Below, in pieces: positions 55,412 to 64,000 of a stretch of 64,000 nucleotides of DNA (position 1 is the first letter of the stretch; each line of letters opens with the position of its first letter). A program made the position numbers and the translations under genes. This stretch comes from a virus: the IMG/VR virus record IMGVR_UViG_3300024999_000055, positions 42,331 through 106,330 of that record; one strand, 5' to 3'. The notes beneath the pieces were generated by a model. It ran no database searches, had not been told where the DNA came from, and was given only the letters and a program-made list of their open reading frames with translations.

Positions 55412-55972
55412 TTAACCATTACCTGCAAATTCTCCGAATATTTCTTTCCTTTTTACTTCTGCAAAAGCACATGCCTCATCAAATTGGTCAAATGGGAATT
55501 TCCAATTGGATCTTTCTCCATTTCTGCAAAATTGAACCCAATATTCCTGTTCTCCACCATATGTTTTACATAAATTTACATTCCTAACACCAGTTTTGGA
55601 ATTCTTATTGGCTCCTTTTCTATGAGCCGAGTTTTCGCTGGATTCTGATACCCTTAGATTATAACGTCTATTATCCAATGTTTTCTTCATATTAATATGA
55701 TCAACTACTTGACCTTCTTTTGCTCTCATTATGTAATTATGCAAGTATGTTGTTTCCGAAATTGATTTTCCATTTTGAACACCTATATATTCACTATGAG
55801 CAACATAAAAATTGTCTATATTAGGTCTATAAACTACATTCCATATCGTATTTTTAATTCTTTCATAATCTTCTATATCAATTAAACACTCATATAAACC
55901 TTGAAACTTACCTCTGTTTCTTGGTATATAAAATTTTACATATTCATCTTCATATTTATAATCAACAATCAA
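55412..55972 (-). CDS. HNH homing endonuclease with AP2-like C-terminus
   Basis: YLHNYIM...VDHIN...DNRRYNLR...NSKTGVRNV...EIFGEFA. Confidence 0.88.
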   Translation of the reverse strand: MIVDYKYEDEYVKFYIPRNRGKFQGLYECLIDIEDYERIKNTIWNVVYRPNIDNFYVAHSEYIGVQNGKSISETTYLHNYIMRAKEGQVVDHINMKKTLDNRRYNLRVSESSENSAHRKGANKNSKTGVRNVNLCKTYGGEQEYWVQFCRNGERSNWKFPFDQFDEACAFAEVKRKEIFGEFAGNG

Positions 55973-56304
55973 TATTTACTCCTTTTTATATTAATATTAT
56001 TTTGCTCCAATCTTATTCAACATTCCTATATATCTATTTCTTTCATTCATAACATAGTTTTTAAATCCACCTATTTTTACAATAAATTCTTCATCATAAT
56101 CTTCTGAATTATAAACTACATAATCATTAAATTTAACTATGTCAACAAATCCATCTGTTAAATAAATATATCCTAATCCATTCTCATATAATTCAGGACT
56201 ATCTTTATACAATTCATTATTTAATTCTGTAACTATATTTATAATTTCTTCTGGTTTCATGTGAATTCTCCTTTTAATTTTATTTATTTTAATATTTTAA
56301 TGTT

Positions 56305-56571
56305 TTATTTCTTCAACATTGCAAAACCAGGAATAACCAAAACAAATGCACTTAACCATCCTGCTAATCCTGCAAACATTATTTTTACTACATCAATAGC
56401 AACTACCATTCCACTAATTCCATGTCCTGCTACTGCTCCAACAACTACATTAATCAATCCTGCAATTCCACCTATGAACATTAACCATAAACCAACATAT
56501 AATCCTAAAACGATACCTGTTATAATCATTGCAATTCCTAAAATAGTTTTCATAATTTTCACCTCCTTCAT
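56305..56571 (-). CDS. Small membrane protein
   Basis: Long hydrophobic Gly-rich segments. Confidence 0.75.
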   Translation of the reverse strand: MKEVKIMKTILGIAMIITGIVLGLYVGLWLMFIGGIAGLINVVVGAVAGHGISGMVVAIDVVKIMFAGLAGWLSAFVLVIPGFAMLKK

Positions 56572-56593
56572 TATTTAATAAATATTATAATTT

Positions 56594-56872
56594 TTATTTT
56601 ATCTTATCAATAACAAGAGTACCATCAGAATTATATATTGGAGTTAATGCTTTTCCATGACCTGAATTTACCCAATAATAATTAATCCCAGATTTTTTAT
56701 CTACAACTATAGTTACATTAGAACTAAGTACACCTAGACTTTTAGTTTCTTCTTTTACATAGAAATAATCTCCTAAAATATTATCATTTTGTTTTACTTT
56801 ATTGCAACCAGTTGTTAGAGCTATTAAAACAATAATTAAAAATGTTAATATTATTTTCATAATTAATTTCAC
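56594..56872 (-). CDS. Lipoprotein
   Basis: Signal peptide with lipobox LTTGC; VDKKSGINY...LTPIYNSDG. Confidence 0.75.
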   Translation of the reverse strand: MKLIMKIILTFLIIVLIALTTGCNKVKQNDNILGDYFYVKEETKSLGVLSSNVTIVVDKKSGINYYWVNSGHGKALTPIYNSDGTLVIDKIK

Positions 56873-58964
56873 CTTCTCAATTATAATTTATAATTTTTCT
56901 TACATTCTATTTTTACTTCTTCACATACTTCCTTTCTATACATATTTATTTTACTAATTTCATTCCTATTAACAATTAATAAACCACCGTTTGTATATCG
57001 TAAACAATATAATTCACTATCTCTACAAAAATACCAATTAAGCAATTTACGATAATCTAAAGGTAAAGTATCACCATCATCAATAAATGAATTCATTGTA
57101 TTATTATTATAATATATATCTAACACATATTTTTTTACGATAATAGTATTATCTAATTTGTTTCTTTTCTTCTTGAAAATATTAAACATATGTATTATTC
57201 ATCCCTCCTAATCATATCCATTAATTGACTATAAAATTTATCATGACATTCACTACTGCACAATCTTCCCTCGCAACAATAGTCAATGAAATAAGTTTCT
57301 TCTTTGCACATAAAACATTGATCTAAATTTTTACTTTTGATTAATGTGTATTTGTCTAAATCACTATCTTGAAATTTCATAATTTCACCTCATTTTTGTT
57401 TTTAAAATAATATTTTTGTGCTTGATGTAAATCCCATTTATTTTTACTTCTTAATTCTCTTATATCATTTATAATAGGTTTTAATTTTTCACATGGTTTT
57501 CTTTTACATTCGTCAATAATGTCACATTTTAAATAATCTTTACAAATATTCATTATATCTTATATCCTCCTTTAATTTAAATACTCATTATTACCACAAT
57601 CAAACATAACCATATTGAATTTTTCCATATCTTCAGGAGTTATTTTATTTTCTTTACCATCCTTTACTTTAGTATATTTATATCCGCAACATTCACCATT
57701 ATTAGTATTTATACTATTATTAATTATACTTAATATTTCTTTGTGTGATTTACCTTTTAACATATTAACATCCATATTGTAATAAATATTATAGTCGCTT
57801 GTTGTCCCAGTGATTTGTGACCAACTAACTACTATATTTTTATTTATGTTTAATTCATTGATCAAATATAAATATGCTTCATCTCTTATAGAACCACAAA
57901 CAGAATCAACAGTACAATTATCGTATGGACTAAATACTATAAGATTATTATTTATAGTGTTATGATAAACCGTATATTTTCTTTTCTTATCAAGTTTATA
58001 ATATGTATTTTTACATCCTCTTAGATATAATTTTTTCATTTATTTACTCCTTTTCTCATTCTTCTTTTAATTTCATCTAGTAATTCTTCATCACTAAATT
58101 GTAATAAATTATTTTCCAATACCTCTTCCTCTTCTTCAACTTCTATTTTACTTAATTCTAATTGTCTTTCATATAATCTAATTTCTTCCTTACCTAACCA
58201 TTTAATCCACTTACCACATTTAGAACAATATAAACCAGTTTGTGTATTATTCTTTTTGATAAATGTATATGTCCCATTACACTTACTACAAATAAAATTG
58301 TTAATTAGATTATCCATAATTTATTTTCTCCTTTCTGAATTAAATCCTAATTTTTTAAAATATTATTATTTTTAAATATAATTTTTTCATCTCTTACAAC
58401 TTCTTCAATAAACCATTTTCCCACATACTGTCTCCAACCATCCCCATAAACTTCTACACCATCTTTATAAATATTTTCTTCTTTAACTTCTCCTTGTTCA
58501 ATAAAATATTTCCCGTTTTCGTGGGTCAAATAATGAACTATATCGCCTATTTTCAATGTTGTTACGTCAAATGCTACATCAACTTTATTATCCATATAAC
58601 ATATCACCTTTCTATTTTATAATAATCAAAACCAATCTAAGATTTCAAATCAATATTCTTTAACATTCCTGCATACATTTCATCATCAGGTCTATTGTCC
58701 ATATGCCATTGTTCAAATTCTCTTAACTTAATAATATCTTTTTCAGTTGTTTCATCAAGATAAAAATACCAGTTCTAAGTACATTGCAAGAAGGAGTTGA
58801 AAATTGAACAATAGAATTTAATGTCCCATAATTTGCTTCCGTACCTTCTAAAGCAACAATTCTTCCATATACACTTTTATTAAGAACTACTGGTTGTCCT
58901 AAATATGTTTTATTTAACATTTATTTTCTGCTCCTTTTTTGTTTGTTATTATATTTAATTTTAA

Positions 58965-59128
58965 TGTATAGCAAAATACCCGATTACGTCCAGTAACTCA
59001 CGGTACGGTCTAATTTAGTTCTACCATGTCACCTTTCATCTATCGCATGGATTCCCTGGGAACAGGATACTTGTCTGTTGACCCTTACTAAATCAAATAA
59101 TCCCCACTGGTTTACCGTTTGCTATACA
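58965..59128 (-). ncRNA. Putative structured ncRNA (about 165 nt)
   Basis: GC-richer intergenic island closed by TGTATAGCAAA/TTTGCTATACA; nested helices need G-U pairs on the minus strand. Confidence 0.6.
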
Positions 59129-59155
59129 ATATTAATATCTTAAATTTTATTGAAA

Positions 59156-59367
59156 TTAACGATCTTCATTATTGCATTGGAATCCTTTTACTCTGTAATT
59201 ATCATTATCGTCTATATCCCATATAATCAACCATTTTAATTTACAATTATTACATATAGTTTCAGATTCCAAATAATCTGTTTCAATTATTTTTAATTTT
59301 TACCACAACTAGGACAAAAAGCAATTGGTATATTAGTTAAATTAAATTTAATTTTACTTAAATCCAT
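59156..59367 (-). pseudogene. Zn-ribbon protein gene with a 1-nt frameshift in an A run
   Basis: MDLSKIK...FCPSCGK then shifted frame KLKIIETD...CNNCKLKW...; length 3n+2. Confidence 0.6.
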
Positions 59368-59408
59368 ATTTATTCCTTCTTATATTTATATTATATTTCT
59401 TAATCATT

Positions 59409-59437
59409 ATTATATTTATAATCTGTTCCATTGTCAA
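59409..59437 (-). promoter_or_regulatory. sigma-A promoter
   Basis: TTGACA-17 nt-TATAAT. Confidence 0.85.
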
Positions 59438-60157
59438 GCATTATTTTACTATATTTTAAAATTTATTATGCATATCAACCCGTTCTATTTTATAGCCAAG
59501 ACCACTATAATGCCGTTCAAAATAATCTGCATTCCAACCACCTTGAAAACTTATTTCCTCCCCATCAACTTCTAGTATCCATGAGAATTGTCCATTGATT
59601 ATTTTACATATTTTATCCATAATATAATTCCTCCTTAAATATGTTTCTTTCCGCTAAAAGATATAAAATCAGGATGCTTTGAATTTTCTTCACATCTTTC
59701 ATACCATTTTTTATAACTCCACTTTGGATAAATGGCAGTTATAAATATTAAAAATATAATAGACAATATTATTTTCATAACATTATTCCTCCCATTTCAA
59801 TTTCTGTCCACATTCACAAACCTTCAAATTATACCAATGTTTATAATATCCATCACCTAAATGTTCACTTAATTCTTTATCACATAACGAACATAAAGCA
59901 GGAGTCCAAGATTTAATTTTAGGACTTGTTGGTATTTGCTTGTTTAAAGATTTTACCGCTAATTCACACGCTTTAACTAAATGCTTTCTAGGTCTAAAAT
60001 CACCATTTGACTTCCCTAAATTTATTTGTTTTTGAATTAATTCTATTGCCTGTTCATATGTCATATTACTAATTTCTTCATCAGAACTTTTCCAATTAAT
60101 TTGTGTTTCTTTCATGATTTTATTCCTCCTTAAAGTTATGTTAAAATAATGTTCTTA

Positions 60158-60355
60158 TTAAAACTGTCCTTCAATATATTCCTTTGCCCATTCTATTGCC
60201 TCTATAACTTGTTCTTTTGTCAAATTAAACTCCTCACAAATTTCACTGATAGTCATTTCTCCTGCTAAATAACCAAGTATATTATATACTGTGATTCTTC
60301 TTCCATCAATTCTAGACGAACCTCCACATGTATCTTTAGTTATAACTATTGACAT
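60158..60355 (-). CDS. DUF433 domain protein
   Basis: KDTCGGSSRIDGRRITV...EICEEFNLTKEQVIEAI. Confidence 0.85.
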   Translation of the reverse strand: MSIVITKDTCGGSSRIDGRRITVYNILGYLAGEMTISEICEEFNLTKEQVIEAIEWAKEYIEGQF

Positions 60356-60558
60356 ATTTATAATCCTCCTTAATACCCATATCCATTCCCAAATTGAATT
60401 CTCTCAAGAATATGATATGCTTCATTTTCAGAAACACCATGAACTATTATAATTTCTTTAATAGCACAATCTCCACATATTTTACAATTTCCACTTTGAA
60501 ATAATTCCCATTCTTGTTTTATAATTTTATCGCAACATTCGCATTTATTTTTCATAAA

Positions 60559-60924
60559 TTAATCTCCTTTCTTTTTCCTATACCTTTCCATTCTCATATC
60601 CAAACATCTTCTACAATAACTCCTATCTTCTTCTGCTTTCTCTCCACATTGAACACATAAACCTAATATTCGTCTTTCAGCATTTCTTATCCTTGCTTTA
60701 AATCTAGAATTCTTACAACATTCTGAACAGAACAACTTTTCACGATCTAATGGTTTACCACATTGAGAACATAATGAATTTTTAATTAGAATTGTTCTAT
60801 ATTCATTTTTCCATGTATTATATTGATTATTGCAAGATGTACAGTGAATTCCTTCTCTATCTATTTTACTGCCACAATAAATACACAGACCTTTTTGTTT
60901 TCTTGATTCTCTAAGTTTTTGCAT
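60559..60924 (-). CDS. Protein with three tandem CxxCG...CxxC Zn repeats
   Basis: GLCIYCG..CTSC; SLCSQCG..CSEC; GLCVQCG..CRRC. Confidence 0.8.
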   Translation of the reverse strand: MQKLRESRKQKGLCIYCGSKIDREGIHCTSCNNQYNTWKNEYRTILIKNSLCSQCGKPLDREKLFCSECCKNSRFKARIRNAERRILGLCVQCGEKAEEDRSYCRRCLDMRMERYRKKKGD

Positions 60925-62295
60925 GATGATAATTTCCTTTAATTATTATTCCTGATCGATCGTCTAATTTATTTAAATTTAGGCACTTCAAAATATTCAC
61001 TTTCAGACCAAAACCAAATACCAAAATCATCTTCAATTTTAATTTTATATCCTATAACTTTTTTATCACCATTAATACATTTTTCTAAAATAGGATATCT
61101 CCATTTTTCTTTAAATATTAATTCTTTATTCATATGCCAATTTTTAATACATAAACAATTCATAATATTATTCCTCCTTTAATCAATAAATCTATTTCAT
61201 TTTTTGAAAATCATGTTTACCTAACAAATACGCATCTATTACTTTTTCTTGTATTTTATTAATTATTTCTATATTAGCTGTAATACCATTTGCTATTAAT
61301 ATATCATCAATTTCATTTACTATTTCTATAATTGTTTTCATATTTCCTGCTCCTTTATTAGAAAATATCAAAATTACCTAAATAATTTAATAATAAAATT
61401 TATTATCTTTTCTTTAAAACTTTTTTCTTTTTCATAACCAGTACATTCTTTACATCCAATTTCCCAAGTTTCATTGCCATTATTAATAAAAGGTCTCCTC
61501 ATACTTCCAAAATGAATACATCCAAAACATTTTTCACAATTAGGTGGGTACATATTTTTCATAAATCAATTCTCCTTAATTTCCTGTGATTATATAGTTA
61601 AAATAATTCATATTTTATCTCCTTATTTAATTATTCCTTTATTAACCCATACTCTATATTGTTGTTGAGAAATTCCTAAAAATTCATAAATAGTTATATC
61701 ACCTAAATATTCGCTATCATGCCAACAATCAATAAAATCATCAATACTATCTGCAATAATTAATCCCTTTTTATATAATTCATAAAACTTTTCTCTAGGA
61801 ACAAATTCACTACGCTCATCTATATTACAGACAGAACATGGTTCAGTTAAATCACCTTCTTCGTTAGTAGGATTATTTTCAAACCAACAATTATGACATG
61901 CTTTTTGCATTATAATTCCTCCTCTCACATATTTTAAAATAAAGAATTTAAATCTTTACTCAATCTCTTATATATTATTTCCCTCAAGAATTTCTGATCC
62001 CAGTCCATAAATCCTACTGGATATTTTGTCAATTCAAAATATTTATTCATAGTTATTTCATGTTCTTCAAATACAAAACAAATTTCATCAATAGACAATT
62101 TACCTCTAGACACCAATACTCTTAATGCTTGAATAATATTACTTGTAGAAACTTTAATGATTATATCCCTATTATTTTGTTTAATCTTCTCTTGATATTG
62201 ATCTATTATAAATTGTGCATTATTAAGAAGATTAAAATCTGAGTATGAATTTCCTTTTTCACAATAAATTATTTTAAGCATAAAATATCTCCTCC

Positions 62296-62907
62296 TTATC
62301 TCCATAAATGTTTACAAACTTCATCATACAACTCAAAATCCACATTTCTTATACTACTAATATAACTTTTTATAGTTTTTACATCTAACTCAAATATTTC
62401 ACTTGTTGCTTTTAAAGTTAATTTATCATTAACAATAGTCTTGCAAAGATTCAATCTTTCTTTAACATTTTTCATTTTTCTTATTCCAGAACGTATTTTG
62501 ATAGATTTAAGTTTATTTAATTCTATCATTTCTAATACCATAACATATAATTCAGGGTCATTATATTTAACATAGTTATGGAATAAATAATATATAGAGC
62601 GATTACTAGAATCAAAATGTATTCCAGTTTGTTTCATTGTACTTCCACAAATAAAATATTCACAAATTTCTTCATAGATACTGTTTAAGTTTTTCAATAA
62701 ATGATTTTGATGTTTTTCTTTTCTATCTTTTAAACAATTTTGGACTTTTGTATGTAATTCGGAATCAATATTTTCAATCATTTGTGTATAATTAAAAACA
62801 GTTTTAAAATTGATCCCGAATATATCTGCTGTTTTTCTATAAGAAAGATTGTGTTCTACTATATGTTCACATACTTTAATGATTAGTTCTTTGTTTATAG
62901 GTTTCAT
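62296..62907 (-). CDS. Triple SpoIIID-like HTH repeat protein
   Basis: Three units of IV..x.T....A..FG....TV......I...D.EL...V...L. Confidence 0.65.
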   Translation of the reverse strand: MKPINKELIIKVCEHIVEHNLSYRKTADIFGINFKTVFNYTQMIENIDSELHTKVQNCLKDRKEKHQNHLLKNLNSIYEEICEYFICGSTMKQTGIHFDSSNRSIYYLFHNYVKYNDPELYVMVLEMIELNKLKSIKIRSGIRKMKNVKERLNLCKTIVNDKLTLKATSEIFELDVKTIKSYISSIRNVDFELYDEVCKHLWR

Positions 62908-64000
62908 TATATTATATCACCTAAACTTACTTTTTAAATTCAATATATACTCGCAATAACCTTTCATTTTCATAATATCAAAATTTAATTTATCATTTTT
63001 AATTCCTAAAAAATATTCACATGTCTTGCCATTTAGTCTACAATCACCTTTTTTGATTACTTCTTTTGGACATCTATAATCTAATGTTTCAATGTTACCC
63101 AAATTATCTCCTGAACAGATAATATATGCTTTGGATTCATTGTTTTTTGTGGTCATTTGAATCATTCCTTATCATATATTTTCCCACTATTCTACCACAC
63201 CATAATGCCTTTTCGCAATTTCAAATGTTATTTCATTCACTGTAAATAAACATGGCATATCCCAATATTGATTATTAATTTCTTTTGCATATTCATCTCT
63301 GATATTTCTAACCAATGCATCTAAAGGAAGTGTACATTTCCTATTATATTCCATAATTTCATCAAATGCTTGCTTAATTTCTTCCTCTGTTAAATTTTTA
63401 ATTCTCTGTGCAATTGAACTTAGTTTTCTCATTATTAAAGTCCTCCTTAATTTTTAATTATTATGATAATATCTATTCTACAAATGTTTTATTTATCCTT
63501 CTTATAATTGCCTTTCTTTTTATTTGTGCATCCCTCAAGATATTTACAATCTTTACAATTTAAATTATGTAATCTCGGAGGATTCATACAAACACCTTTT
63601 GGTGGGATTAAAAGTTCAGGTCTGTCATGTATACTACTCATTAAATCATTCACATTTCCTTAATATTTATTTCATTTACTTTTACCTTACGCATATAATA
63701 ACACAATGTAAAAATAAATACAAGCATTATTTTAAGTTTTTTTTGCAAAAATATAACTCAGCACAAAAGAGTTATTTTATCATGATTTCCGATCCCGCAA
63801 ATCCTTATAAATCAAGGGTTTCTGAATATAGGAAAATAAGATTTCTAATGTTTTTATTGATTTTTACCATATATTTCTATATATTATCATATATTACCAT
63901 CAAAACTACAATATCTCTTATAATATTCCCAAAATATTAACTTAATGATATAATATTAATTAATATTCAGCAAATTCTTATAAATATCGACAAAAAACAA

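Larger units (their letters stand above)
49800..63432 (-). other. Second accessory region of small hypothetical phage ORFs
   Basis: Dense co-oriented short ORFs with RBSs and internal sigma-A promoters. Confidence 0.8.
4166..63821. repeat. Dispersed intergenic palindrome family A (AYVAAW-N6-WTTBRT, often with outer AAATCATG/CATGATTT) and family B (AAAY-N15-GTTT)
   Basis: A cores at 4166, 13785, 16513, 17793 (degenerate), 33009, 36235, 36384, 38579, 39755, 42894, 44551, 44578, 48852, 50609, 53122, 63763; B at 4202, 33055, 36299, 63799. Confidence 0.8.

Noticed and set aside
58965-59128. tRNA, tmRNA, SRP RNA or hammerhead ribozyme identity
   Set aside because: No cloverleaf or TTC loop, no SRP GGAA/AGCAG motif and no CUGAUGA core; left as an unassigned RNA.
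1096-63940. All plus-strand ORFs in the track (e.g. 31871..32113, 37608..37931, 56261..56578, 63524..63940)
   Set aside because: They are antisense shadows of minus-strand genes or span regulatory repeats, with no RBSs, F/I/L/S-rich composition and no motifs.
1-64000. Recombinase or integrase acting on the A sites; alternative genetic code
   Set aside because: No tyrosine or serine recombinase ORF is recognisable in this window. Long conserved genes read through normally in code 11, so there is no stop-codon reassignment.

Overview
64 kb from a large, very AT-rich phage or prophage of a spore-forming Firmicute, probably a Clostridia host. Every credible gene is on the minus strand, driven by near-consensus sigma-A promoters. 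The core is a replication module syntenic with SPbeta yorF-yorL: SSB, AAA ATPase, YorH-like protein, DnaB-like helicase, primase, RecJ and DnaE. It is flanked by an intein-bearing RecD2 and an NAD-dependent ligase. Nucleotide and DNA-modification genes are a redoxin-type class III RNR with activase and an unannotated glutaredoxin, dUTPase, a Dam-like methylase and a P-loop kinase. About 90 small accessory ORFs fill the rest. Main observations: (1) About 15 intergenic palindromes (6-bp arm/6-bp spacer/6-bp arm, up to 14-6-14) sit at gene junctions. Eight of them are coupled to an accessory motif: four to tandem NrdR-box-like sites at a fixed 10-11 bp offset and four to a second palindrome. This suggests a cassette-shuffling or operator system. 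(2) A self-contained nicotinamidase-vWA-PP2C-Ser/Thr kinase operon (TerY-P-like) is bracketed by two of these composite sites. (3) Two small ORFs look like catalytically dead terminase ATPase fragments. (4) There are two probable structured ncRNAs. (5) A TnpA-less, RuvC-rearranged TnpB abuts one of the repeats. (6) One protein has three SpoIIID-like repeats. (7) Several genes appear to start at ATA or CTG. All family assignments come from motif recognition by eye; no searches were run.
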